DNA of 64,000 nt from Vicinamibacteria bacterium (GCA_963555995.3 OY821641.1:1568001-1632000); one strand, 5' to 3'; counted from the first letter of the stretch, positions 1 to 12,305 are shown. The notes: a model not told the origin generated them from the letters alone. Numbers and translations are program-made.

Positions 1-680
1 TCGCGGCCCTGACGCTCGCGATGCTCCTCGCGCTCCCGGAAGCGCGGTCGCGGGAGACGGTTCCCGAACCGCTCGGACGCAGGCTGGCCGGCCACCTGGA
101 GTTCGTGAAGAGCCCGGTCCACCGGACGGCGGCGCTCGCCGCGTTCTGCATGTCCGGGAGCCTGGTGGGGATTTCCGCCTACGCCTCGGGGTGGCTCCAG
201 GAGGTGCGCGGGTTTTCCCTCGAAGCGGTGGGTGTGCTCTACGGGGGACTTGGCGCCGCGATCATGGCCGCGCAGCTCCTTGCCGGACCGCTTGCCGACC
301 GCGTCGGGAAGCGTCGTTTCACCGTACTGGCCTCCGTCGCCGTGGCGGCCATGACCCCGGTCCTGCCGTGGCTCACGAGTACCCCACTGGTGGTGGCCAT
401 ACTTCTCTTCGGGTGCCTCGCGGTGGCCCGTATCGCCGCGTTCACCGCGCTCCGCAGCGAGCTGGTGCCCCCGACGCGCCGCGCGAGTTTTCTGGGGTTT
501 TCGAACGTCTTCTCACAGCTCGGCATCGCGGCGGCGGTCGCGGCCGGAGGGCTGCTGTATCCGTACGGGTTCGAACCGGTCTGCTGGCTGATGGCGGGTC
601 TCGGCGCACTCGCGGTGGTCCTGATCGCGCGAGTTCCGGAACCCGGATCGGCGCCGGGAACGGCGTCCGCGAACGGATGA
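1..680 (+). CDS. MFS transporter (5' truncated by window edge)
   Basis: Several hydrophobic helices; MFS motif A-like GPLADRVGKRR; frame open to the window start. Confidence 0.8.
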   Translation, partial: AALTLAMLLALPEARSRETVPEPLGRRLAGHLEFVKSPVHRTAALAAFCMSGSLVGISAYASGWLQEVRGFSLEAVGVLYGGLGAAIMAAQLLAGPLADRVGKRRFTVLASVAVAAMTPVLPWLTSTPLVVAILLFGCLAVARIAAFTALRSELVPPTRRASFLGFSNVFSQLGIAAAVAAGGLLYPYGFEPVCWLMAGLGALAVVLIARVPEPGSAPGTASANG

Positions 681-1644
681 CCTCGGCGGGGAATCGCCGC
701 CGGAGGGTGCGGCGGATCCTGTGCGGGCTGGCGGCTCTCACGCTGCTGGTCGCCCTGTCGCTCCCCACGGCGGTGGGGGTGCTGCTCGCCAGTTACTCGG
801 GGACGCGCCCCCAGGACCTCCTCGATCGGGCGACGCCCGGGGACTACGGGGTGTCCTACCGGACCGTCCTGCTCCGGAGCGAAGACGGAGTGCGGCTTGC
901 TTCCTGGCTCCTGAGGGCGCGGCGCGCGGGCGGGTGTTCGGTGGTGCTCGCCCACGGCCTCTTCCGGTCGCGCCGCGAGATGCTCGACCGCGCCGCCTAC
1001 CTGTCGGCGCGCGGCTGCCATGCCCTGACCCTCGACCTCAGACGCCACGGCGACAGCGCGGGGAGGCGAACGAGCCTCGGGTACTTCGAGGGGCTGGACG
1101 TGATCGCGGCGGCGCGGTTCCTCCGTCGCGAGTTCCCCGAAGATCGCCTCTATCTCCTCGGGGTATCCATGGGAGGAGCGGCGGCGGCGCGGGCGGGGGC
1201 GGCGATGACGGACGACATCGCGGGGGTTGTCCTCGACAGCACCTTCCGCAACGTCCCCGAAGTGGTGGATCGCTACGCCGCGCTCCTGGTCGGGCTGCCT
1301 CCTTTTCCGGCCGGGGACCTGACCCTGCTCGGGCTCGAGTTCGCCGCCCGTTTCGAACCACGGAAGATGGATGTGGAGCGGTTCTCCGCGCGGCTGGGGG
1401 AGGCAGGGGTCCCGATCCTGGTGATTGCGGGGGATGAGGACCGGAGAGCGCCGCTCGAGGCGCAGGCCGCGGTCTTTCGGGCAAACGGTCATCCCCGGAG
1501 CCGGATGAACGTCGTCGAGGGCGCGACCCACGGGCGGCCGTGCCTCCTGGAACCGCGGACATGCGAAGCGGCGCTCGCGGAATTCCTGGATCTTGCCCCG
1601 GAAGAGGCCGGAACGGCGATGAAACTGCTCTACGATCCCGGACC

Positions 1645-1648
<4 letters not shown>
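677..1648 (+). CDS. Membrane-anchored alpha/beta hydrolase
   Basis: ATGA overlap with the MFS stop; N-terminal TM; LAHG, DLRRHGDS, nucleophile GVSMG, GDED and GATHG triad candidates. Confidence 0.8.
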
Positions 1649-3075
<1,427 letters not shown>

Positions 3076-3107
3076 TCCGGCTCCGCCCCTGAGCGCCTCC
3101 TCCTCCG

Positions 3108-3641
3108 ATGACGATCGCCAATCAGCTCACCGTGCTCCGGCTGCTGCTGGCCCCGGTGGTGGTCATCTGCATCCTCTACGGACGCTTCGGACTCGCCCTG
3201 GGAGCGCTCGTGCTGGCCGGCCTCACCGACGTGATGGACGGGGTGCTCGCCCGCCGCCTCGGAGAGAACAGCCACCTCGGCGCGCTCCTCGACCCGCTCG
3301 CCGACAAGGTGCTGATCGTGTCGGCGGTGGTGACCCTGGCCGCGCCCATCGAGGCGGTCTCGGTGCGGATCCCGGCCTGGGTCGCGATCATGGTGCTGTC
3401 CCGGGACGCCACGATCCTGTTCGTGGCCGGGGCCTACAACCTGGCGGTCGAGCGCCGCAACTTCATCCCCAGCCGGCTCGGCAAGGCCGCGACCGTGATC
3501 AACGTGGTGGGCATCTTCTGGTTCCTGGCCGCGAACCTGCTCGGGCTCGACAGCGTCGTCACCCCGCTGCTGCTGGCGGCGATGGTGACCCTCACGGTGA
3601 TCACCTCGCTCCAATACCTCTGGCGGGTGCGCTTGCTCTAG
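3108..3641 (+). CDS. CDP-alcohol phosphatidyltransferase (PgsA-like)
   Basis: ANQLTVLR; DxxDGxxAR...GxxxDxxxD signature. Confidence 0.88.
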   Translation: MTIANQLTVLRLLLAPVVVICILYGRFGLALGALVLAGLTDVMDGVLARRLGENSHLGALLDPLADKVLIVSAVVTLAAPIEAVSVRIPAWVAIMVLSRDATILFVAGAYNLAVERRNFIPSRLGKAATVINVVGIFWFLAANLLGLDSVVTPLLLAAMVTLTVITSLQYLWRVRLL

Positions 3642-3660
3642 CAGGTTTCCCGGCTTTTCC

Positions 3661-5463
3661 TCACGGCCGGCGGCCCCGGAACTGGGGCAGGAAACCGAGC
3701 GCCGCCAACCCGGCGCCGATCAGGCGCAGTATGGGGTCCGGAAAGAGCAGGAGCAGCGCCGCCGCGGCCAGCAGCAGGCGCAGGGGCCAGGAGACGGCGC
3801 GCACGCCGTGTCCGTAGAGCGCCAGCGCGGCCGCCGCCATGGCGAGGAGGCCGCCGGCAAAAGCCAGACCCTGTGCGAAGCCCAGGGGTTCTCCTCCACC
3901 GGGAAGCAGCGGCGTGTAGGCCATGAGCAGCGGCACCATGAAGAGTCCGGCGGCCAGCCGCACCGCCTGGAAGGCGGTCGGCATCGGACGGCCACCCGCC
4001 ACGCCGGCGCCGGCGAAGGCGGCGAGCGCGATGGGAGGGGTCACGTTGGAAGTCTGGGAGAGCCAGAAGAGAATGAGGTGGGCCGTCAGCAGCGGTACTC
4101 CGAGCCCGGTGAGGGCGGGCGCGGCGACCACCGCGACGACGATGTAGGCGGCGGTCACCGGCAGACCCATTCCGAGCACCAGCGCCACCAGCGCGGACAA
4201 CCCCAGGGCAGGGAGGAGGGCTCCCTCGGAAGCGCTGAGCAGGAGTTCGGCGAACTGCAGGCCCACTCCCGTCTGTCCGATCACCCCGACGACGATCCCC
4301 GCCGCCGCGCAGGCGAGGGACACCGGGACCGCGGTCACGGCGCCCTGCGCCAACCCCTCGAGCAGTTGCCGGAGCCCCACCCGCGTGCGGCGCCGCAGCG
4401 CGCCGGTCACCACGACGGCGAGGCACCCGGCGGCGCCCACCAGCGGGGGCGAGTAGTTCATGAGGAGGAGCGCCACGACGACCGCGACGGCGGCCAGGAA
4501 GTGGGCCCCCTCGGCGAGCGTGGCGAGGACTCGGGGGCGCGAGGGCATGGCCTCGATCCCGCGCCGGACCGCGAGTCCGTGGACGAAGAAGAGGGTTCCG
4601 GCAAAGAACAGGACCGCCGGGAGGAGCGACACGAGGACGATCCGCGGATAGGGCGTATTCGTGAGTTCCGCCATCAGGAACGCGCCCGCTCCCATGATGG
4701 GCGGCATCAGTTGGCCGCCCGTGGAGGCGGCGGCTTCGATGCCGCCGGCTTCCTCGCGCGAGAAGCCGAGGCGCTTCATCATCGGAATGGTGAGCGCTCC
4801 GGTCGTCACGGTATTGGCGATGGCGGAACCGGAAACCGAACCGAGCGCCGCCGATGCCAGCACCGCCGCTTTCGCGGGTCCGCCCCGCGCCCGCCCGGCG
4901 GCGGCGAAGGCCAGGTTGATGAAGAACCGGCCGCCGCCGGTGCATTCGAGCAGGGCTCCGAACAGCACGAAGACGAACACCGTGCTGCTCGCCACGCCGA
5001 TCGGAAGGCCGAAGAGCCCCGCCCCGGTGAAGACCTCGAAACGGACGATCCGTTCGAGTTCGAAGCCGCGGTGCGCCAGGATGCCGGGGAGCGAGGCGCC
5101 GAAGGCGTTGTAGGCGAGGAACACGGCGACCACCGAGGTCATCACCGCGCCCACCCGCCGGCGGGTGGCTTCGAGCAGCAGCGCGATCAGAACGGCGCCG
5201 GCGGCGAGATCGGCGGCGTTCAGCCCGTAGAGGATGTGGTCAATCCCCTGCCGGTCGAAACGGATGACCATGACCCCGGCGGCCACGGAGAGCGCGGCCA
5301 GCAGGAGATCGGCGGCGCGCGCCCGCCGCGGACCACCGGCGGCGCTGGCCAGAAAACCGAGGGCGAGGATCCAGGTCAGGTGGATGGGCCGCATCCAGGT
5401 GGCTCCGAGGGCGCCGAAGACGGCCTGCCAGAGCTGAAAGAGCGAGAGGGCGGCTCCGGTCAA
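3661..5463 (-). CDS. TRAP transporter fused permease (4TM/12TM, TAXI-type)
   Basis: GGPAKAAV, SGSAIANTVTTG, EAAASTGGQLMPPIMGAGAF, SNVTPP; frame is open further upstream (possible CTG at 5541). Confidence 0.9.
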   Translation of the reverse strand: MTGAALSLFQLWQAVFGALGATWMRPIHLTWILALGFLASAAGGPRRARAADLLLAALSVAAGVMVIRFDRQGIDHILYGLNAADLAAGAVLIALLLEATRRRVGAVMTSVVAVFLAYNAFGASLPGILAHRGFELERIVRFEVFTGAGLFGLPIGVASSTVFVFVLFGALLECTGGGRFFINLAFAAAGRARGGPAKAAVLASAALGSVSGSAIANTVTTGALTIPMMKRLGFSREEAGGIEAAASTGGQLMPPIMGAGAFLMAELTNTPYPRIVLVSLLPAVLFFAGTLFFVHGLAVRRGIEAMPSRPRVLATLAEGAHFLAAVAVVVALLLMNYSPPLVGAAGCLAVVVTGALRRRTRVGLRQLLEGLAQGAVTAVPVSLACAAAGIVVGVIGQTGVGLQFAELLLSASEGALLPALGLSALVALVLGMGLPVTAAYIVVAVVAAPALTGLGVPLLTAHLILFWLSQTSNVTPPIALAAFAGAGVAGGRPMPTAFQAVRLAAGLFMVPLLMAYTPLLPGGGEPLGFAQGLAFAGGLLAMAAAALALYGHGVRAVSWPLRLLLAAAALLLLFPDPILRLIGAGLAALGFLPQFRGRRP

Positions 5464-5537
5464 CAGGACCGGCAGCGACAGGGCGGGCCGTGGCTCTTCC
5501 GGAAGCGCAACGGTCCCGGCGGGGCCGGGAGGACTCG

Positions 5538-6521
5538 TCAGGGGAGACTCCCCGGCGCTTGGCCACCCGGTGCCCGCGCTTCCTCGTAGAAGGCTCTCGC
5601 TCCCGGATGGAGCGGGAGACTCCCGACGTCCCCGAGGCTCTCGACCCGGATGAAGTCCGCGTTCCGGGTCACCGAACGGAACTCATCGCGGCCCGCGAGG
5701 AGTGAGGCGGTCAGCCGTTTCGCGAGATCGGCGGGCAGGTCGCGATGCACGAAGAGGATGTTCCAGAGCGAGGGCGTCAGCGTCGGAACGTCCACCCCGC
5801 GGTAGACCCCGGGCGGGACCTCGATTCCCTGGTACGCGGCGCCCGCCTTCTCGACGGCGGCGATCTCCTCCGAGGTGAACGGCACCAGCACCAGGTCGCG
5901 GGTGAGCCCCAGTTCGACCACCGAGGACACTCCCAGACCCGCGGCCAGGAACACCGCGTCCACGGTTCCGTCCTTGAGACCGTTGATGCTCTGGTTGTAG
6001 TTCATCTGGCGGACCCGGAACTCGTCTTCGGCGATCCCCACCGCGCCGAGCACGTTGCGGGCGGTCACTTCGTTCCCGGATCCCGGGGGGCCGAGCGATA
6101 CCCGTTTCCCCCGCAGGTCGGGCACCGAACGCACGTCCCGGCCTTCGACGCTCAGCAGGTGGACGATGTTCGGATAGATTCGGCCGAGGACCGCCAGCGG
6201 GAGCGGCTCCGGGAAGCGTCCCGTTCCCCCGAACGCGTCGGCGACCGCGTCCGCCTGGCCGAAACCGATGTCGCTTTCTCCCTTGGCGACCTGGATCAGG
6301 TTCGTCACCGAACCGGCGCTGACCTCCGCCTTGACCACCAGCCCGGGAAGGTCGCGCGTCCAGCGGCTCGCCATCGCGCCCCCGAGCGGGTAGTAGACGC
6401 CCGCCGTGGTCCCGGTCGCGAGCGCCAGAGGCCGCGGCCGCTCCGCTCCGCACCCGGCGAGGAGGGCGATTCCCGCAGCGGTGGCGAGAAGCGTCAGCGA
6501 ACGGCGCCGGCTGGTGAACAC
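5538..6521 (-). CDS. TAXI family TRAP solute-binding lipoprotein
   Basis: Lipobox LAGC; ATGTTAGVYYPLGG; SLGPPGSG; C-terminal PLHPGARAFY. Confidence 0.9.
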   Translation of the reverse strand: MFTSRRRSLTLLATAAGIALLAGCGAERPRPLALATGTTAGVYYPLGGAMASRWTRDLPGLVVKAEVSAGSVTNLIQVAKGESDIGFGQADAVADAFGGTGRFPEPLPLAVLGRIYPNIVHLLSVEGRDVRSVPDLRGKRVSLGPPGSGNEVTARNVLGAVGIAEDEFRVRQMNYNQSINGLKDGTVDAVFLAAGLGVSSVVELGLTRDLVLVPFTSEEIAAVEKAGAAYQGIEVPPGVYRGVDVPTLTPSLWNILFVHRDLPADLAKRLTASLLAGRDEFRSVTRNADFIRVESLGDVGSLPLHPGARAFYEEARAPGGQAPGSLP

Positions 6522-6574
6522 GGTTGCGCGACGAAGTATGGTCGAGATGCGGGGGCCGGGGGGCCGGGTCGCGC

Positions 6575-9319
6575 TCAGGGCTCGTCGGGTTCCACGCCCG
6601 GCTCGTCGTCGGGACCGCTTGCCGCGGGATCCAGTTGCCGCCGGAGGCGGTAGAGGAGATCGAGCGCCTCCCGGGGACTGAGCCGGTCCGGATCGCAGGA
6701 TCGCACCGCTTCGGCCACCTGGTTCTCGGCCGGTTCGAGCAGCGAGTAGGGCCCGCCCGGTTCGGGCGCGGGCAGCCGCGCCCCGCGTCCGTCGAGCCCC
6801 CCGCTGAGGCCCTCGAGCACCTCGTGCGCGCGCCGCACCACGGAGCGCGGGACCCCGGCGAGGCGCGCCACCTGGATGCCGTAGCTGCGGTTCGTTCCCC
6901 CGGGCGCCACCCGGTGCAGGAAGACGATCTCGCTCTGGTGTTCGCGCGCTTCGACGTGGAAGTTGACGACGCCGTCCTCGGCGCTGGCGAGCGCGGTCAG
7001 CTCGTGGTAGTGGGTGGCGAAGAGCGTCTTCATCCGCAGTCCGGCGTCGCGGGCGATGTGCTCGACGATGGCCCAGGCCAGCGAGAGGCCGTCGTAGGTC
7101 GCGGTGCCGCGGCCCACCTCGTCGAGCAGCACGAGGCTGCGGTTCGTGGCGTGGTGGAGGATGTGGGCCGTTTCCTCCATTTCCATGAGGAAGGTGGACC
7201 GGCCGCGCGAAAGGTCGTCGGACGCCCCGACGCGCGCGAACACCCGGTCCACCACGGGAAGGCGGGCGGACTCCGCGGGAACGAACGAGCCCATCTGCGC
7301 CATCACCGCGTGGAGCGCCGTCTGGCGCAGGAAGGTGGACTTCCCGCCCATGTTGGGCCCGGTCAGGATCATCAGGAACCGGTCCTCACCGAGGCTCAGG
7401 TCGTTGGGGACGAACTCGTCGGCGGACAGGGCTTCGACCACCGGGTGTCTCCCGCCGCGCACCTCGATCTCGAACCCCTCGTGGATTTCGGGTTTCACGT
7501 ACCGGTGGGTGATGGCGGCCTGCGCAAGACCCGCGGCGACGTCCGCTTCCGCGAGCGCGCCCGCCATGTCGAGGATTTCGCGGACGGCGTCCCCGACGTC
7601 GTCCTCGAGGGCCCGGAAGAGCGATGCCTCGAGTTCGGCGATCTTCTCGTCGGCCTGCGCCACCCGCGCCTCGAACTCCTTCAGCTCCTCGGTGACGTAG
7701 CGTTCCGCGCCCACCAGGGTCTGCCGGCGCACGTAGTCCGGCGGAACCCGGCCGGCCTGCGTCTTGGGGACCTCGATCGTGTAGCCGAAGACCTGGTTGT
7801 GCCTGATCCTGAGCGTGGTGATCCCGGTGCGCGCCTTCTCGCTGGTCTCCATGTTCCGGATGCACTCACGGCCGTGGAACCGGAGTTGCCGCAGTTCGTC
7901 GAGTTCCGGAGAAAACCCCTCCCGGATCACGCCGCCGTCGCGCGCCAGCACCGGGGCCTCCGGCGAGACCGTCTCCCGGATCCGCTCGAGCAGTTCGGGC
8001 AGTTCCCGGATCCGGGCGCCGATTTCCCGCAGGGTGGGCGCCTCGGCGGCCTCGAGCGCGGTCCGCAACGCAGAAGCGGTCCGGAGCCCGTCGGCGACCC
8101 GGAGGTATTCCCGAGGGCCGGCGATCCGGAGCGCCACGCGGGAAGCGAGCCGCTCGAGGTCGGGAGCGCCGGCGAGTGCTCCGGCGACCTCCTGCCGCAG
8201 CTTCCGGTCGCGGGTGAACGCCTCCACCGCGAGATGGCGTTCGCGAATCCGCTCCGGATCGAGCAGCGGGTGGGCAAGGCGCCGCCGCAGCAGGCGGGCG
8301 CCCATCGCGGTCGCCGTGCGGTCGAGGGTCTCGACGAGGGTGGCGCCGGGCGGAGCCCCCGACTCGGCCGACAGCGGCCGGAAGAGTTCCAGGTTCCGCT
8401 GGGTCAGGTGGTCGATCTGCATGCGCCCCGAGGTGTCGAGGCGCTTGAGGCTGCCGATGTGGTGAAGCTGGCCGCGCTGGGTCTCGGTCAGATAGCTGAT
8501 CGCGGCCCCCGCCGCGCAAACGGCGGCCGGGGTTCCCTCGACACCGAACGATTCGAGCGAGAGCGTCCCGAAGTGACGGCGCAGCGCGTCGCGGGCGTGC
8601 TCGAACTCGAACCACAGGTCGGGCCGCGCCGTGAGCAGGGGAAGGTCTCCCAGCACCGGAAGGAGGTCCCGGGGCGGGGCGCTCTCGGCGACCAGCAGTT
8701 CGCGGGGCCGGAAGCCCGCCATCGCTTCGGCGCACTCGCGCTGCCGGCCCCCTCCGGAGAACTCGGCGGCGGTGAACTCCCCGGTGGAGAGATCCACCCA
8801 CGCCGCCCCCAGCCGGGGCTTGCTCCGCGTTCCGGACTCGGCCACCACCATCAGGTAGGCGGCTTCCGGTCCCGCCAGGTAGGCCGGGTCGAGATACGTC
8901 GAAGGGGTAGCGACCCGGACGATCTCCCGCCGGACGGGTCCCTTGGAGAGGCCGGGCGGCTCCACCTGTTCGCAGACCGCAACCCGGACCCCGGCGCGGA
9001 CGAGGCGGGCGATGTACCCCTCGGCGGCGTGGTACGGAACCCCCGCCATGGGGATCGCCTTCCCTTCCGCGTCGTTCTGCCGGGAGGTGACCGCGATCCC
9101 GAGGAGTTCGCCCGCCTGCCTCGCGTCCTCGAAGAACACCTCGTAGAAGTCCCCCATGCGGAAGAACAGCATGGCGTCTTCGGCTTCCCGCTTGAGGTCG
9201 TGGTACTGCTGCATCGCGGGCGAGACGCCGCGCCCTTTCGGCTTTCCGCGCCGTGCAGCGGCCGCGGTCCCGGCCGGCGGCGGCTGAACCTCGGGGAAGA
9301 GCCGCGGGGCCGTGGTCAC
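6575..9319 (-). CDS. mutS: DNA mismatch repair protein MutS
   Basis: SPAMQQY, FFRMGDFYEVF, TGPNMGGKST, STFLMEM, LDEVGRGT, FATHYHEL; GTG 9319 chosen as start. Confidence 0.96.
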   Translation of the reverse strand: MTTAPRLFPEVQPPPAGTAAAARRGKPKGRGVSPAMQQYHDLKREAEDAMLFFRMGDFYEVFFEDARQAGELLGIAVTSRQNDAEGKAIPMAGVPYHAAEGYIARLVRAGVRVAVCEQVEPPGLSKGPVRREIVRVATPSTYLDPAYLAGPEAAYLMVVAESGTRSKPRLGAAWVDLSTGEFTAAEFSGGGRQRECAEAMAGFRPRELLVAESAPPRDLLPVLGDLPLLTARPDLWFEFEHARDALRRHFGTLSLESFGVEGTPAAVCAAGAAISYLTETQRGQLHHIGSLKRLDTSGRMQIDHLTQRNLELFRPLSAESGAPPGATLVETLDRTATAMGARLLRRRLAHPLLDPERIRERHLAVEAFTRDRKLRQEVAGALAGAPDLERLASRVALRIAGPREYLRVADGLRTASALRTALEAAEAPTLREIGARIRELPELLERIRETVSPEAPVLARDGGVIREGFSPELDELRQLRFHGRECIRNMETSEKARTGITTLRIRHNQVFGYTIEVPKTQAGRVPPDYVRRQTLVGAERYVTEELKEFEARVAQADEKIAELEASLFRALEDDVGDAVREILDMAGALAEADVAAGLAQAAITHRYVKPEIHEGFEIEVRGGRHPVVEALSADEFVPNDLSLGEDRFLMILTGPNMGGKSTFLRQTALHAVMAQMGSFVPAESARLPVVDRVFARVGASDDLSRGRSTFLMEMEETAHILHHATNRSLVLLDEVGRGTATYDGLSLAWAIVEHIARDAGLRMKTLFATHYHELTALASAEDGVVNFHVEAREHQSEIVFLHRVAPGGTNRSYGIQVARLAGVPRSVVRRAHEVLEGLSGGLDGRGARLPAPEPGGPYSLLEPAENQVAEAVRSCDPDRLSPREALDLLYRLRRQLDPAASGPDDEPGVEPDEP

Positions 9320-9434
9320 GCGGCGATTGTGCCTTGGAGTCGCCCCCTCCGGGAAGGGGGGAGCGGAGCGCCGGCCCCCAGCGGGCGCTCCGAATAGGAT
9401 TTCCCGCGCATTGCGAGAACGGGATTCCGGGTCC

Positions 9435-10148
9435 GTGGCGGCCGCACCGATCTCCGGGCCGGTGCTGGCCCTCGATACGACGGGCACGCTCGGCAGCGTC
9501 GCGCTGGGGTCCGCCGGCCCGGACGGCGCCGTGACCGGTGACGTCGTCGAGGCCTTCGAACCCTCGAACCTCCACGCGCGGAACCTCCTGCCCGCGATCC
9601 GCGGCCTCCTGGCGCGGGCGGGGCTCGAAACCTCGGACCTCGCCCTGGTGGTGGCGACCCGGGGACCGGGTTCGTTCACCGGACTGCGGATCGGCCTCGC
9701 CACCGCGCAGGGGTTCGCGCTGGCCGCCGGAGTCCGGGCCGCCGGGGTCTCGAGCCTGGATGCGGCCGCCCTGGCGGATGCGGCCGCGAGCCGTTCCGCG
9801 CTCCGCCGCCTGGTGGTTGTGGACGCGCTACGGGGGGAACTCTTCGCCGCCCTCTACGAGGGGGCCGGTCCCGACGCCCTCGTCCGGGGGCCCTGCCGCC
9901 TGCTCCCGGAAGACGCCGCGCGCCGGGCCGCGGAGCACGGGGCCGCCCGGATCTGCGGACCGGCGGTGCGGCGCTACCGCGGCGCGATCGGCCGAGGGCG
10001 CCCGGACATCGAGATCGTGGAGGACCGGCGGGCGCTCGCGCCGGCCGCGCTCCGTCTGGGGCTTCAGGCGGCGCGCCGCGGGGAAACCACCCTGGAGCCG
10101 CTCTACCTCCGGGAACCGGACATCCACGGCCGTTCCGTTACGCTATAG
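9435..10148 (+). CDS. tsaB: tRNA threonylcarbamoyladenosine biosynthesis protein TsaB
   Basis: VLALDT, GPGSFTGLRIG, DALRGE, C-terminal EPLYLR. Confidence 0.9.
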   Translation: MAAAPISGPVLALDTTGTLGSVALGSAGPDGAVTGDVVEAFEPSNLHARNLLPAIRGLLARAGLETSDLALVVATRGPGSFTGLRIGLATAQGFALAAGVRAAGVSSLDAAALADAAASRSALRRLVVVDALRGELFAALYEGAGPDALVRGPCRLLPEDAARRAAEHGAARICGPAVRRYRGAIGRGRPDIEIVEDRRALAPAALRLGLQAARRGETTLEPLYLREPDIHGRSVTL

Positions 10149-10155
10149 CTGCTTG

Positions 10156-10304
10156 CAACCTGTGGAAAAAGTCACGCGGCCCTCATCGTTGCGTTTCGGG
10201 AATGCATCCCGGCCGGTCCTCCCGGCAGGGGTTTCTCCCTCGCGGGGCGCCCGCGCCGGGACAACCGGCGTTCCCGGCGCCCGCGTCGCTTTCTCCACGG
10301 GCGG
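10156..10304 (+). mobile_element. Degenerate, internally deleted copy of the 179-bp MITE family
   Basis: Starts caacctgtggaaaaagtcacgcggc, contains cgttgcgtttcgg, ends ctttctccacgggcgg; about 30 bp shorter than intact copies. Confidence 0.65.
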
Positions 10305-10367
10305 CTCGGTGATGTTTGTCCGAGGCGGTTCCGGACCCGCGGTCCGGACGGCCTGGTGGAGGCCTTC

Positions 10368-10613
10368 ATGAAACACCAAGATGAGATCGAGACGGAACCC
10401 CGCGCATCGGCCGGGCCGGAGCCGGCAGCCCCGGCCGCGGCGGCGCCCGATCTTGAGGAATTGGTCCGGAAACACCGGGAACTCGACGAACAGCTCGAGG
10501 AACTCACCAGGTACGGCCACCTCTCTCCCCTCCAGCAGCACGAAGCCGCGGTCATGAAGAAGCGCAAACTGGCCCTCAAGGACCGGATCGCCGCGCTCGC
10601 GGCCTCGTCGTGA
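10368..10613 (+). CDS. DUF465/YdcH-like small coiled-coil protein
   Basis: GGAGG SD; KHRELDEQL...KKRKLALKDRI pattern. Confidence 0.75.
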   Translation: MKHQDEIETEPRASAGPEPAAPAAAAPDLEELVRKHRELDEQLEELTRYGHLSPLQQHEAAVMKKRKLALKDRIAALAASS

Positions 10614-10672
10614 CGGTCTGGAACGACGGACTGGAACGACCGACCTGACGCGGCACCCGGCCGCACGGGCGC

Positions 10673-11314
10673 ATGAGACTGCCGATCGCCCCGGAGGGCA
10701 GGGTGTTCGTGGCGGTCCCGCTCCTCGCGGCCATCCTCGCGCTCGCCGCGGCCGGCGCCGGCGGCGAGGCCTTCGCCTGGGCCGGCGGGGCGCTGTTCGC
10801 CGGCGCCGGGTTCTGCGCGTTTTTCTTCCGGGATCCGGAGCGGCGTCCGCCCCGTGATGCGGCGGTACTCACCGCTCCCGCGGACGGCCGCGTCACCGAA
10901 GCCGGACCCGCGGACGAAGGCGAGCCGGGGACCCAGCGCGTGAGCATTTTCCTCTCGATCTTCGACGTCCACATCAACCGGGCGCCGGCCGCGGGGGAGG
11001 TGCGGGCCGTGCGCTATCGTCAGGGCGCGTTCCGGGCGGCCTTCCGGAGAGACGCCGCCGAGCGGAACGAGCGGAACGAGTTGGAGATGACCACCGAGCG
11101 GGGCACGATCCGGATACGCCAGATCGCCGGAGTCGTCGCCCGGCGCATCGTGTGCCGGGTCCGGGCCGGAGACCGGCTCGCGCTGGGCGAGCGCTTCGGA
11201 CTGATCCGTTTCGGCTCGAGGACCGATCTGCTCCTGCCGCCGGGGGTCACCCTTTCGGTTCGTTCCGGAGACCGGGTGCGCGGCGGGCTGAGCGTCATCG
11301 GGAAGTGGGAATGA
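10673..11314 (+). CDS. psd: Phosphatidylserine decarboxylase proenzyme
   Basis: FFRDPER, APADG, FDVHINRAP, self-cleavage motif FGSRTD. Confidence 0.92.
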   Translation: MRLPIAPEGRVFVAVPLLAAILALAAAGAGGEAFAWAGGALFAGAGFCAFFFRDPERRPPRDAAVLTAPADGRVTEAGPADEGEPGTQRVSIFLSIFDVHINRAPAAGEVRAVRYRQGAFRAAFRRDAAERNERNELEMTTERGTIRIRQIAGVVARRIVCRVRAGDRLALGERFGLIRFGSRTDLLLPPGVTLSVRSGDRVRGGLSVIGKWE

Positions 11315-12126
11315 AACGCCAGCGACTCCGGACGCGCCGGGGAGTGTTCCTGCTTCCGGCCGTGTTCACCGTCGGCAACATTTTCCTGGGCTTTTTCTCC
11401 ATCGTGCAGAGCTTCCGCGGGGAGTTCGGCAGCGCCGGACTCATCATCGGGTTCGCCATCCTCGCGGACGTGGTGGACGGCCGGGTGGCCCGGTTCGCCG
11501 GCGCCGCCAGCGAGTTCGGCCGTGAACTGGATTCCCTCGCGGACGTGGTTTCCTTCGGAGTGGCGCCGGCGGTGCTGGCGTACGCGTGGGTTCTCTATCG
11601 CTGGCCGCAGACCGGATGGCTGGTGGCCGCACTGTTCACGATCTGCGCCGCCGTCCGTCTCGCCCGGTTCAACGTAGGGCGGTTGAGCACCGATCCCCGC
11701 TACTACACGGGGATGTCGTCGCCGGCCGCGGCGGCGGTGGTCGGGGCGGTGACCTACTGGCATCCGGCGCCGCCCGGGAACTCGCTGGCCGCGGCGGCCT
11801 GCCTCTTTGGAACCCTCGGGCTCGCCCTGCTGATGAACAGTCCGGTGCGCTACCCGAGCTTCAAGAACCAGACCGGACGAAAGCCCCAGTCCCACCGGAT
11901 GCTGGTCGTGCTGGCGGTGTTCATCGTGGCCACGATCGCGGAACCGGTGGCGATGTTCCTGGTTCTCGCCTTCGGATACGCGGCCTCGCCGCTGATCCGC
12001 GGGGTTCGCGGACTGGGCGGCCGGCTGGTCCGCTCGTCGTCGAGCGGTTCACCGAAGCCGGACCGGGTGGCGTTGGGGCGCGCCGGCCCTCGGGGAAGCG
12101 GGGACCGCCCGGCGGACCCTCCTTAA
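11311..12126 (+). CDS. pssA: CDP-diacylglycerol--serine O-phosphatidyltransferase
   Basis: ATGA overlap with psd; DVVDGRVAR...FGRELDSLADVVSFGVAP; RLARFN. Confidence 0.9.
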   Translation: MKRQRLRTRRGVFLLPAVFTVGNIFLGFFSIVQSFRGEFGSAGLIIGFAILADVVDGRVARFAGAASEFGRELDSLADVVSFGVAPAVLAYAWVLYRWPQTGWLVAALFTICAAVRLARFNVGRLSTDPRYYTGMSSPAAAAVVGAVTYWHPAPPGNSLAAAACLFGTLGLALLMNSPVRYPSFKNQTGRKPQSHRMLVVLAVFIVATIAEPVAMFLVLAFGYAASPLIRGVRGLGGRLVRSSSSGSPKPDRVALGRAGPRGSGDRPADPP

Positions 12127-12305
12127 CAGCCTGTGGCAAAACCCTCGCGGCGTTCGACGGGCGATGCATCCCGGCTGAACCGCGCCTCTGCGAGGCGCTC
12201 TGCGTTGCGTTTCGGTCGGAATACACCCGGTATTCCTCCCTCACGCGCCTTGTCAGCCGGGCGCCTCGCCCGTCTCGGCGCTCACGTGGGTTTCACCACA
12301 GGCTG
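12127..12305 (+). mobile_element. 179-bp MITE copy A, TTAA target duplication
   Basis: TIR cagcctgtgg...ccacaggctg; TTAA at 12123-12126 (includes the pssA stop) and 12306-12309. Confidence 0.85.
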